NCBI GenBank assembly: GCA_951406725.2
Contig: OX597819.1
Location: 124,000,001 to 124,064,000, forward strand
Direction of reading: 5' to 3'
From: Octopus vulgaris
Taxonomy: Eukaryota
Length of the DNA: 64,000 bases
A program made the position numbers and the translations under genes. Shown piece by piece: positions 11,367 through 23,066 of the stretch (its first letter is position 1; the number at the start of each line of letters is the position of its first letter). Under the pieces are notes generated by a model. The model made no database searches. It saw nothing but the letters and a program-made list of their open reading frames with translations, and was not told where the DNA came from.

Positions 11367-14300
11367 CGTGTGTGTGTGTGTGTGTGTGTGGAGGCGCAAT
11401 GGCCTAGTGGTTAGGGCAGCGGACTCGCGGTCGTAGGATCGCGGTTTCGATTCCCAGACCAGGCGTTGTAAGTATTTATTGAGCGAAAACACCTAAAAGC
11501 TCCATGAGGCTCCGGTAAGGGGTGGTGATTCCTGCTGTACTCTTTCACTACTCTTTCTTCTGTTGGCCTGCTCACTTAGCCAGTGGGGTGGCATCATTCG
11601 AAGGCTAAAACAATGCGAACGCATTGTGACCAGCGATGTGTAACTACATCTGATGGACTGGTCGGTCACGTGATGGTAATGATGGTGATATATATATATA
11701 TATATATACTGCCTTGCATGCACGTACACGCGCGAATTGATGCGTATGGTTGTGTACTGAATTATTCGTAATTACAGGTATTTAATAAATATGGATTTCC
11801 ATGCATCCTACTCTCATTCTAACCCTACGCTATATATGTGCCTATATATTACGGGGGCGAACTGGCAGAAACGTTAGCACGCCGGGTGAAATGCATAGCC
11901 GTATTTCGTCTGCCGTTACAATCTGGGTTCAAATTCCACCGAGGTCGACTTTGCCTTTCATCCTTTCGGGGTCGATTAAATAAGTACCAGTTACGCACTG
12001 GGGTCGATGTAATCGACTTAATCCCTTTGTAATCCGTTTGTCTGTCCTTGTTTGTCCCCTCTGTGTTTGCTCCCTTGTGGGTAATAAATAAATATATATA
12101 TGTGCCTATATAACTATGCCCCCCACACACACACAGATACACATACGCAAGCACACGCGTGGGTGCATCTATACTGTGAAATAGCCAATTGGCACATAAA
12201 AGAAACGATCGTTTAGATAGTCGGTTAGATATTTAGCCGAGTGAGTAAAAGTTAGGAAGTGTTATTGAACCAGTGCGTGTGTTTAGTCTTGTTGGTGTAA
12301 TGACCCTCCCAAGACACAAGATATGTGCGTGTATAGGTGTGTGTGTGCGTGTGAAGGTGCATGGCTTAGTGGTTAGGGCGTTGTACTCACAATTACGAGA
12401 TCATGGATTCGATTCCCAGATCGGGCGTTGCGTTGTGTTCTTGAGCAAAGCACTTCATTTCACGTTGCTCTGCGACCACGTGGCAGCCATTGCACTTGTG
12501 CCAGTAATGCTGATCTGATGGAAGGAGTGAGCTTATGTCTACACAAACATTTGATCACTATTAACAAATTATCTGTGTGGTTGCTCGGTACGAAATTGTC
12601 CAACCATCATACATCGTCTAACGACGGGAGAATCCATCGCATGTATATATATACGCCATGATAGAGTGTTAGCCACTACACACATGTTTTTCTCTCCTTG
12701 TTTTTTCTGTGTCCCTTTCTGTAGAAGAGCGTAGGCTCGAAATGTAAAAGACTTTTTCTATTCCTGAGCATTATACTAATACATCTGTTTGTTTTGTACA
12801 CCACCTGTCTTCGTCTTTTGTTTTTGTTTGTTTTTTTCGTAAACTCTCCCCATATATATATGTGTATATATGTGTGCTTATATACATATCCATATATGAT
12901 CTTAAAACATTTACATTATGTCTATGGAAAGCACAGAATACATATGAAAATATGAGATCAAAATAATTACCGCTAATTCCTCGTTGCGATCGCTTAGCAG
13001 TCTAGTAACCAATCAACCTTCAAACTTAAATCTACCATCTAAAAAGGAAGGACACATACAATATAGTCGTTGACAGCCCTAACAAAGTTGAGTACATTTG
13101 GTCATATTTTTGTATGTTCATTGATTACAATAACAACAAAACTCACCTGTATCGATAATTGATTAACCAGCTCAGTCAAGCAATCATAGACCTTTCTTAA
13201 GTAGCAATAGTGCATACCATCTTTTGGTTGAGTTGCATTAGAACACGCCTCTGGATAAGGACAGGATTTTTCAAGACAGAAAGCATGAGCACACAGAACT
13301 TCAAATTCTCTTTGCTTATAATTCTTGATCAGTGAAGAATATATACTGAATGCGCCATACATTGATGACTCAATATTCTGCAATTAAGATTTTTCATATA
13401 TATATTTCACAATATATGATCATTTCATATAATACATCAACTCTACGTAAAAATAAAAGTAATATTTTTTTATAGACAAAAAATATTTTATATGTACTAA
13501 CGTGGAAAGTTTGAGTCACCACATCTATGAAAAGGTACATTTTCGGAAATACTAGCTTCCATTTATTGGACATTGTATTAGTAAAGCGACGGCAGTAGAC
13601 TGATGGCAACAGTAGAGAGTTTTCACACTGTGTAAAAAACATACAAAACAATTACTAACAGATTTTGTGATTTTCATATGATGATTTTTATATATTATGG
13701 CATAAGAAATATTAAGAAGAGAGGTACTTTATTTTACACAATTCCGTTTTTGAAAATATTCGTCAATACCAGGACTTCGATCTTTTCGGTTTGAACGGCA
13801 GTTTTTAAAAATAATTTCCACGTAACTAAACACTTTTAAACTTCGTATACTGGTAGAGTGTTTATAAAATATCTTTTTCTCTTGGCTTTATTGAGGAAAT
13901 TCTATAGTTTGTAAGATATTTGTTGTTTTTTTCTTCAATTTCTGCAGTTTCAACCAATCAATGACGTCTATTGAGGTGAAAACATTCTGTGCCGTATGAA
14001 TATGTCCCTCGTTTAAGAAACAGATTGGGTTTATTTACATTTGTGAAGAAAAAAAGATACCCTTGCCCCCACCTCTAACCCTAAAACAGATTGAAATGCA
14101 ATAGATCGATACTAGGGTCATAATTATGGGTGACAATTTCATATGACACCGCGAGAAAAAACTGCCGTTCAAACCGAAAAGATCCATTATTTTAAAAAAC
14201 TGCCGTTCAAACCGAAAATATCCACAATTACTAACAGATTTTGTGATTTTCAAATGATGATTTTTATATATTATGGCATAGAAATATGGATTAAGAAGTG

Positions 14301-15754
14301 AGGTACTTTATTTTACACAATTCCGTTTTTGAAAATATTCGTCAATATCATAAGTTAATTAATGTCGCTGATACTGATATCATAGAGATATTCATTATAT
14401 AATAAGAAACTAAAAACCGAAGGAATAAAGAATTTAGTGATTACTCACATAAAGAGCCAATGTTTCGTTTGCAGTCTTTCCAGCGTCTTGTACGATACAC
14501 AGTAACAAGTTGGCACGAACCCGTTTATCGTATAATACAACAGATTGTATAGGTAACACGTTAATCAATGCAATCCATATCGCTAAACATAAGGCTAATA
14601 TAAATTGACAATCTAAAGTAAGAAACACATAGCTAAGAAATATCAATATAGGGGGCAATCTTTCGTCTCTAGTAGACCTTTCCGTCGATTACACGACATA
14701 CTGTCTGTCTCCCACACCCCATCAAATACACACACACACATACACATGTACATCAATGCTTCCTATGCACGGTAACTTCAAAAGAACTTCCCTCGTCATA
14801 CAATCGCTTTCTCTTAGTCTTTTTCGCTCTCATTACTTCAAAAGTTCCCGCAAGCCCATATGTAAAAAAAAATTTTTTACGGAAATCGACGGAAAGGTCT
14901 ACTAGAGACGAAAGATTGCCATATGGGATCTTTTCGCTTTGACCGGCAGATTTTTAAAATAATTTCTATGTAATTTTCATATGACGCCGCCATAAAATGT
15001 TACGGCAGAAATTGGATTCACCTCAATAGACGTCATTGATTAGTTGAAATTGCCAAAATGCAAGAAATTAAACAACAAAAAGTTACAAACTACAGAATTT
15101 TCTCAAGAAAGCCAAGAGAAAAAGATATTTTATAAACACATTCTACCAGTATACGAAGTTTAACATTTTTTAGTTACAAAAAAATTATTTTAAAAATCTG
15201 CCGGTCAAGGTGAAAAGATCCCAATTTAAATATGTAAAATATGAAATCCTAATGTCTGAATAACATCTGATAAATATTTCAAGATCAACAGATTACGTGT
15301 GATTTAGTTCTTATTTGTTGTGTACTTTTGAGAAATAATGAGCTTTTTGCTCAAAAGTGACTTATCCTAAATATTACTAATTTATTGTTTAATACTGTAT
15401 TTATATCATACTTAATTGGTAACACGCAGGCACACACAGACACACGCACGCACACACACATTGGTATGATAAACAAAGGCGGCGAGCTGGCAGAAACGTT
15501 AGCACGCCGGGCGAAATGCTTAGCGGTATTTCGTCTGCGTTACGTTGTGAGTTCGAATTCCGCCGAGATCGACTTTGCCTTACATCCTTTCGGGGTCGAT
15601 AAATTAAGTACCAGTTACGCACTGGGGTCGATGTAATCGACTTAATACCTATGTCTGTCCTTGTTTGTCCCCTCTGTGTTTAGCCCCTTGTGGGTAATAA
15701 AGAAATAGGTATGATAAACAAATGTAATTGAATATGATACTTACAAACGCCCAT
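9222..15754 (-). CDS. Spliced gene for a 232-aa secreted, predicted four-helix-bundle (IL-6/G-CSF/LIF/GH-like) cytokine; coding exons 15754-15745, 14612-14449, 13627-13502, 13377-13147, 9389-9222
   Basis: All four introns are GT-AG with pyrimidine tracts. Exons join in frame: 10+164+126+231+168=699 nt, ATG to TAA. Protein: [58 protein letters not shown]|[42 protein letters not shown]|[77 protein letters not shown]|[55 protein letters not shown]. Hydrophobic signal peptide; two NxT sequons. Confidence is for the gene model; the family call is inference (~0.65). Confidence 0.85.
9471..9840 (-). mobile_element. tRNA-derived SINE family C in the last intron of the cytokine-like gene
   Basis: Head GAGGCGCAATGGCCCAGTGGTTAGGGCAGCGG...GGTTTCGATTCCC; TSD TCTAAATAAATA (9459-9470, 9841-9852); related heads at 11391 and 46982. 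Confidence 0.88.
9895..10900 (+). pseudogene. Highly degenerate non-LTR reverse transcriptase fragment (HERO/R2-group-like), interrupted by a SINE
   Basis: Plus-strand translation [20 protein letters not shown]...GVWGKG...AEIFLIPE*...DQFRSITFL with stops, resembling RT domains 0-1. Confidence 0.6.
10159..10577 (+). mobile_element. Dimeric SINE family B insertion
   Basis: Two tandem bodies; TSD TATAAAGTGTTTGG (10145-10158, 10578-10591). Confidence 0.85.
11391..11680 (+). mobile_element. SINE with family C head
   Basis: Same tRNA-like head as 9471-9840; body matches 46982-47258. Confidence 0.8.
11855..12090 (+). mobile_element. SINE family B
   Basis: Homology to other family B copies; flanked by TATATGTGCCTATA repeats. 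Confidence 0.85.
13147..13377 (-). CDS. Cytokine-like gene coding exon 4 (putative helices B and C with Cys-rich linker)
   Basis: Acceptor CTTAATTGCAG, donor CAG|GTGAGT; 231 nt, phase 0/0. Confidence 0.88.
13502..13627 (-). CDS. Cytokine-like gene coding exon 3 (putative AB loop, C-x10-C ... LVFPKM)
   Basis: Acceptor GTTTTTTACACAG, donor GTTAGT; 126 nt, phase 0/0, no stops. Confidence 0.8.
13779..14223. mobile_element. Merlin-like MITE (same family as 2625-3042) plus an extra TIR fragment, in intron 2 of the cytokine-like gene
   Basis: GATCTTTTCGGTTTGAACGGCAG TIRs; internal sequence nearly identical to 2625-3042. Confidence 0.85.
14449..14612 (-). CDS. Cytokine-like gene coding exon 2 (signal peptide + putative helix A)
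   Basis: Acceptor TTTCTTACTTTAG, donor GTGAGT; open frame [23 protein letters not shown]...ANETLALY. Confidence 0.85.
14654..14920. mobile_element. MITE with ~37-bp TIRs (GG termini)
   Basis: GGCAATCTTTCGTCTCTAGTAGACCTTTCCGTCGATT and its reverse complement ending at 14920. Confidence 0.8.
14925..15222. mobile_element. Merlin-like MITE, diverged subfamily of 2625-3042, opposite orientation
   Basis: TIRs GGGATCTTTTCRCYTTGACCGGCAGATTTTTAAAATAAT. Confidence 0.8.
15478..15707 (+). mobile_element. SINE family B in intron 1 of the cytokine-like gene
   Basis: TSD GGTATGATAAACAAA (15463-15477, 15708-15722). Confidence 0.88.
15745..15754 (-). CDS. Cytokine-like gene coding exon 1 (ATG GGC GTT T; phase-1 intron follows)
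   Basis: ATG at 15754-15752, GTAAGT donor at 15744-15739; T plus AT of the next exon gives Tyr4 in frame with the signal peptide. An acceptor (TGTATTTTCTAG) at 15772-15771 suggests a 26-nt internal exon with another exon upstream. Confidence 0.75.
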
Positions 15755-15899
15755 ATCTTCAAGAGATTTTCTAGAAAATACAAGGTAAGGTAAAATTCGA
15801 AGTACAGGAGTTGTACATTTCGGTACACACCAGGTGAACAGTGTACATTTATGAAACTTTCGTTGCAGATATTCGGTTTAGATTCACAAACTCATTGAC

Positions 15900-15907
15900 T
15901 GACGTCA
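15900..15907. promoter_or_regulatory. Perfect CRE/ATF palindrome TGACGTCA ~150 bp 5' of the cytokine-like ATG
   Basis: Sequence match only; function untested. Confidence 0.3.
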
Positions 15908-18900
15908 ATGCAATTAACCTGGATATGTCACTGAGTTCAGGTGATAAATTACGAGATTTCAGTTAAATTTTCTCAGCACTAAATCACTCAGTTTGTATTA
16001 AAGATGTATGAATTATATAATAAAGCAAAAAATAAAATATCTTATTTTACTCCTAGTAGGTCGCGTGTTATCCTATTTATTAAAAAAAAAGGTTAAGAAT
16101 GTCGGTTGGAAGTAAGAGAAAACAATATTTATTATATTGAGCAAATATGTTTAACATGCTTTTTTTATACAATGGCCAGCAAGTGATAAATGTAAGTGAT
16201 GCACATCTAGTTGACACAAGTATGAAATAGATGTCACTATGGTGTGCAGTCGATTAATTATGTGAATGTTAAGTATCTACGATTTCCAGCAGCTCTTAAA
16301 TTCACATAAGTCTTCAATGCCATAAAAGCTGTCAAGACGTTCACAGCGCTTCTCTTCCACTGGTGACAGTCTAACATCTGTTGTTGCAGCTATTGTTGTT
16401 GTTGCTGCTGCTGCTGATGATGATGATGACCATGTACATTATGAACCATATTCCTGGTTAAAACACCGTGTAGAGGTTTCAAAGCTGCGAGCGAACCCTG
16501 CCACCAATTACCAGCCCTGCCCTGACTCGTACTATCTCCGTTGTCCCAACAGTATTTTACTTATGTAGGTATATATAACCATAGTCTTTAAACGTTGTAG
16601 CTACACAGGTTTTATTTTCTATTAGGCTTAAGCTGGCTCTTGAATACTGGAGATACTAAGACACTAACAAAAAAAAAATAGAATACGAAGTAACGATAAG
16701 CGTACTAATGACTCGGCTGCTAAAGATGTTAATTACAGAGGTGTTGATTTTTACCTCTTGGAAACATACAACTATTAGTGGTAGGAAAAAGGAATGAAAT
16801 TTCCTGGTATAATCTACTCTTCGTCAATAACATAAAAATTCTATGCCGAACATTTTTATCACGTTATTGGAAAGAAATTTCCATCCTCATCATTTGGTAT
16901 CATAAAATATTCAATAGGAATATAATTGAGCACTCATATTCAGCTACTCTTAATTTCGCAGCCTTACAGCCGTTTCAAATAGGACTAAAATCGGAAGGAA
17001 TTAAAGCTGGTTACCTTTACTTAAGGAAGTAAATAATTTAGTTTCTCGTACTACAGAGGCTAAATCTAAAAGTCGCAAACAAATAACTGCAACTAATAAA
17101 CGCACGATCGGTGAACCTAAGGAAATCAAGAATCTATTAACTCTAGTAAAAAAAATTAAGCAAGCAAACGTAACGTACTGATGATAATTTATCAACATAA
17201 ACTAAGTTTCCTGCAATACCTTAGGGAAGCACTACTTTATTGAGGTATCTTTCGCTCCGCTTGTACTTCTAGGTTTCTTCTCAATCTCTCCATTATTCAT
17301 TTTTTTCTTCTCCACCCTTAACTACAAAGTAAAAACCAGCCGTCTATGTTCTTACTGTCGAACTGCATCAATGCGAAACGTCGGCTTTGTCCTTTCACTA
17401 TACCTTCTAACTTACTAGCACATAAACTCTATGGTTTACTCAAATGATCCATTGACATAGCTACTTCACTTATTTAAAAACTGAAGGGAGTGAGCTGGCA
17501 GAATTGTTACTACACTAGTCGAAACGCTTGGTGGCATTTCGTCCACGTTTACGTTTTTTTTAGTTCAATTTCAGCCGAGGTCGATTTTAGCTTTCTTCCT
17601 TTCACGTTAGATAAGTGCAAAAACAATAAAAATGATGTTTTAACTCTTTTAGATTACAAATATAAAGACAAAAGAACAATGAAATCATTTGAGCGTAAAT
17701 TCATCTTAGATTTCCACATTGTTGTTGTCAAATGAATGTACATTTGGAGAAAAATCGGAGTAATTTTCCCATGCATGATTGTTGGAGCATCACTTTCTTT
17801 TGTGCTCCATTGACGTGATCTATCTCATCTGATGATGAAGGAAAGTCAGAAAAAAATCTTCATCGCTGTCTAAAACCTTCCATTTGAGACTTGATCTCTC
17901 CCACCGATAAGGGCCGCTTACGATTAGGCGCATTTGATGGAGAAGACACTTGGATGTTTATTGATGATGGCCATATCCATTTAAAATTAATGATGTCTGC
18001 TATTCCCTAACGAAACATCAATTGATGATACAGTTCTATATTTGAGAGATGAGGAATTGTGTACATTATTTACATTTGACGGATATTTGTCATCATCTTC
18101 TTTGTTGTTAAGGAAGTAAATAATTTAGTTTCTCATACTACACAGGCTAAATCTAAAAGTCGCAAACAAATAACTGCAACTAATAAAAGCACAATCGGCG
18201 AACCTAAGGAAATCAAGAATCTATTAACTTTAGTAAATAAAGTAAGCAAACATAACATACTGATATACTCACCAGCCTTCATCAAGTGTCTTGGGGAAAT
18301 TTCGAACCTGGTTTCTCATTTTTCAACGTTGTTGTTGTTGTTGTTATTGAGTGAGAGAGCAGTGCATGCCATCAAAGTGACACTGGGGTAAAATATACAA
18401 AGCCCAGTATAGCCATCATGACTACCTGTCTGATAAGGGTACACCAGGCACATGCATCACAACCATATGTGCACAACATGGTGATTTCATATCAAGATAA
18501 ACAGCGCATGACCTTGCAGGTGGGGCACAGTTAGAATTTTCTTCAGGTCGAGTAGCCCATCCCACTCAAAAGGTTCCTGAATAAGGGTTGTTTAAGGATG
18601 TTGAACGAAACACCCTTGTTTCCAGAAGTGAATTATTCAAACACCAAAGAATCCCTCTCAACATGAGGCTATGATGCTCCCCAACTATTTCTGCTCATGA
18701 TCAGAGATGCACATATCAGCAGCTACTAAGGGACATGTCAAACAACTGACTAACAAATCTGTGGTATTGAGCAGAATATTTGCTGTAGCCCATCTTTTAT
18801 ACCAAGACAAAACAATGTACATGATAACACTTCCAATCAGTTAAGATCAGAAGCCATGAGAGCCACTGCCTGGTACTGCATCAGGACATTTATTATTATT

Positions 18901-18989
18901 ATTATTGTTATCTTTTTTTCTTCTTCTTTCAAATTTGCTTCCATTTCTTGCCGAGTGTCTTCCCGACTCCTAGGGCAAAGAAACTCATA

Positions 18990-19042
<53 letters not shown>

Positions 19043-19378
19043 CCGTTCGCGACCGTTGCCAGCGCCGCCCCGACTGGCCTCGTGCCGGTGGCACGTGAAA
19101 ACACCATCCGTTCGTGTCCGTTGCCAGCCTCGCCTGGCCCCCGTGCCGGTGGCACATAAAAAGCACCATCCGTTCGTGGCCGTTTGCCAGCTCTGTCTGA
19201 CACCTGTGCGGGTGGCACGTAAAAAGCACCCACTACACTCACGGAGTGGTTGGCGTTAGGAAGGGCATCCAGCCGTAGAAACACTGCCAGATCTGACTGG
19301 GCCTGATGCAGCCTTCTGGCTTCACAGACCCCAGTTGAACCGTCCAACCCATGCTAGCATGGAAAACGGACGCTAAAC

Positions 19379-19409
<31 letters not shown>

Positions 19410-19410
19410 A
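19043..19410 (+). mobile_element. RTE-LINE 3' tail / derived SINE with (GAT)n tail
   Basis: GGCACGTAAAAAGCACCCACTACACTC...CCAACCCATGCTAGCATGGAAA...(GAT)n; same tail as 28315-29810; further copies at ~23357(-), 24035, 33525, 35873, 39435, 41615, 44303. Confidence 0.85.
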
Positions 19411-19422
19411 TTATTATTATTA

Positions 19423-19468
<46 letters not shown>

Positions 19469-19479
19469 GTGTTTAATGT

Positions 19480-21228
19480 GTTAAACATCTAAGTGAGGAA
19501 ATGGTTCTGTACAAATGAGATTCCTCACAGAAGAATTGTCTCACAAACATTCAATGCCCCAGTGCAAACATGGAGTACTACTTCTCCTTCCCACATACAT
19601 TGGCCAGCATGCTGTTAAAGTTAAAATAACAAACGTATCACCAGAATTAGACATATGCTGCGTAGAGGCATGTGTAGTACTTGAAGGCCCGGATACCCTT
19701 CTTGATATTACAAAATCGTTGTCGCCGTTGGCTCATCCCTCGAATCTGAAGATTGATTTCTCCTCCTGAATGGATATTTGGACCATTAATGCCTGTGATG
19801 AATGTTGCAGACGAGTCCAATCCTCGCGTAGAACACACGATTGCATTGAATGTTGGAGTCGGTCGTGCTGTCTGGTCTTCCATTGCCGTTGCCTGTCCTC
19901 TTTTTTATTCTTTCTTTTTCAAACAATATTACGTTATTGTTTATTCTTTGTCGATAGTCAGCATGGTTGGTTACGGTCGTCTTAAATCCAGGGAGTCGAA
20001 ACTGGTCTGCTTCGGAGTTGATTTTAGCTTATCTTTCTAATGTCGAAGAAGGCTCCTCTTTGTCTTTTCCTGGTTGCCAATTCGCTGAAAAGGATTTGAT
20101 GAGGAAGTCGTTCGTCGTCCATCCTGATGACATGGCCAACCCATCGAAGACGATACTCTGGCTACTCGCTCTTTCCCTTATGGAGTTTTTGTGAGATAGA
20201 GTCAAACCAATCGATATTCAAGACAGCGAAGTTTCAGATTTTTAATGTTGCAACGATAAAAAATCAAAGTTTCACAACCATATAGGAACATAAACATAAT
20301 AACAGCTTGGTAGACCATAATGCTCATCTTCAAAGTAAGATCTTTGTTTTTGAATACACGTTTTGTCAGTTTGTCGAAAGCTGAATAAGGTGATCCAATT
20401 CTTCATTCCACATCTTACTCAGAATTGTATTTGGTGTGGAACGTGTGTTCCAAGGTATGCAAAGGTATGCAAAATAATTAACTTTATAAGATTAATCACT
20501 TACAGAGTGATTAACTTGCTCCTGTGGTGTGCCCGAAATAATGGTGTTAAAGTTCAGGAGAGCAGAATTCGGGGTTGGTTGGTCGAGGACTTGAGATTTT
20601 TAGTACTTACAGTGAGCCCAAAATGTGTTGGTGAAATTATTGACAGCCTGTTGCAGTTCTAAGCATGAGAGCCATGTTACCACCGGTGTACTGGAGTTGT
20701 GAGATTCACTTGGTGAGATTCATTGACCGAAACCTCGCCAGGTTGAAGAGTTCTCCACTAAAACGATATCTGATATCTACTCTTGGCTGTTCCGGGAGAA
20801 GTTCATAGATTACTGCAGAAAGGTAGAAAATCGTAGGAGCAAGAATGCGACCTTGTTTCAATCCGCATGTAACTGGAAATTCTTCTGGGAGTCGATCACG
20901 ATCAAAGATACGTTCAGTCATAGCACATGCAGGACTTGGATCAGGGAGAGGAAATGATCAGGACATTCGAAACGCTCAAAGACCACCCACAGGGCTGGTC
21001 CTGATACACTGCCAAAAGCCTTTTCCAGATCATAGAAGACAAGAAGACAACTTTTCTTGTTTTCATATTTTTCATTGCCTTCAGGAACTCTTGATATGAT
21101 GGAGGAGCATTCATCCAATGTTATAATGGATGAAAAAGGATTTTTCTCAGGAAGTTTACTGGTGTTGTTGACTCATGATTTAGCAAAACAGAAAAATGGT
21201 TCTCACAGTAGTTTAAGATATCCGGCGG
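19480..21228 (-). pseudogene. Degenerate RTE-type LINE reverse transcriptase
   Basis: Fragments FYDLEKAFGSV and FPVTCGLKQGRILAPTIF, many frameshifts. Confidence 0.75.
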
Positions 21229-21465
21229 GTCAGTTAGGACGTTTTGTTTGTTTATTCCTTCTCGAGCCATGCCTGGCTCATAAGGACTGGTTTCCCGGTT
21301 TCTTGGCGTATAGGTGAGCTGCAAGATGCAGGAGGAAAGAGTGAGAGAAAATTGTGGTGAAAGAGTCAGCCGCATGGAGCTTAGGTGTTCCGCTCATAAA
21401 CATACACATCGCCCGGTCTGAGATTCGAACCCGCGAGTCCGCTGCTCTAACCACTAGATCCCTGC

Positions 21466-22715
21466 TGTAAATGTAACTCATTAAATGCCTTACACTTGGT
21501 TTTTTTAAATCTTTCATTGAATACATCACATTGAGCTCACTTCCGTCTACCACTGCTTCTGTAGAGCGATCCTTTTTTGCATTAAGTAGAATTAAAACAT
21601 ACCAAAGAAATGCGACAGGAGAAAGAAGACTGTCTGGGTTAGCACTAATGTCAATTGAAAAAGATTTATTACAAGAATTGATGAAAAGAAAAGATTTCTA
21701 TGAAAATGTGATAGATATATTTGCCCAGAAAGATCGAAGAATTGAATTAATTTATAAATGAGGTAAATAACATTTTAGAACATTAAAAAAATTAATATAT
21801 TAAAGGGCATATATTACAGGTTTTGCTTGGTGTTTGTTATAATGTGAGGTTCGACCTTCTTACATCAGTATTGTTTTGCAGGAGAGATGTTTCGACTTCT
21901 TCGTCAAACCTAACCTACATACCCTTTCTGTGCTGCTGGGTGGAGTCTATTTACGGCTGTAAATAAGTGTCTTGTTTCAATCTCAGAGATGTTGACTTCT
22001 GCCACAACAGTTTTGGTGGGGCTTTTTACAAAGTTGAATTTTCGCTGTCTTTCATTGTGTGTGTATTCATGTATATGCGTGTATTTTCAATGTGTGTGCG
22101 TGAGACGTAGTCTTTTAATGTACGGAGTTCAGTAAGTCTCAGAACAGTCAGTAATTTCCCCGGAATTGACAAGTAGCATGATAAAGCACCTGACTTGTCT
22201 TCGAGAGCATAACGATCTAAAACCATGGCCGTATAATGTAACTAAATGTGTTCTTTTAATTAAATCATTTCAAATTGATTCGGCGCAACCAATAGGTATA
22301 GGGGCTAATGCAGAATCGCACCTCTGATAAACGAATTTTTGTGAAAATTTTTTTTTCGGATTCCTACCTTTAACAGAGATTCTGAATATGCAAAAATATT
22401 GACAGAATCCAATTTCATCTATATTACATTTCACTTATGATTTTTAGACATTTTTTAAGGGAGAGTGAGGATGGGAAAGTACTGATGTTTCGAAGAGCAA
22501 AGAATAATACAAACAATACACTTATTTCAGGACCATCTCTACAGAGCCATTTTTTTATTCCCTGTTTATTCTAGGTCATACGGGGCTGATTGCATATTCA
22601 GAATCTCCTATATGTAAATCGTAGGAATACGAAAATTTTTTTACTGAAAAATTGCCGGGGTGGGGGCAATGAAATTCATTGCATGCCCAACCCCGGAAGT
22701 CACCACACGCCACTG
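21466..22715 (+). mobile_element. hAT transposon 3' remnant (C-terminal dimerization domain, 21531-21761)
   Basis: LPSTTASVERSFFALSRIKTYQRNATGERRLSGLALMSIE matches the hATC motif; candidate right terminus ...CACCACACGCCACTG at 22715. Confidence 0.8.
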
Positions 22716-23033
22716 GTATGTATATATATATATATATTCTTTTCTTTTTCTTTTTTTTCTTTTACTTGTTTCAGTCATTTGACTGTGGCCATGCTGGAGC
22801 ACCGCCTTTAGTCAAGCAAATCGACCCCGGGACTTATTCTTTGTAAGCCCAGTACTTATTCTATTGTTCTCTTTTGCCGAACGGCTAAGTGACGGGGACG
22901 TAAACACACCAGCATCGGTTGTCAAGCAATGTTAGGGGGACAAACACAGACATACAATCACAAACACACATATATATATATATACATATATACGACAGGC
23001 TTCTTTCAGTTTCCGTCTACCAAATCCACTCAC

Positions 23034-23066
<33 letters not shown>

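Noticed and set aside
12971-13038. Acceptor TCCTTCCTTTTTAG ... donor GTAATT in the last intron of the cytokine-like gene
   Set aside because: In-frame TAA in phase 0; the sequence looks repeat-derived.
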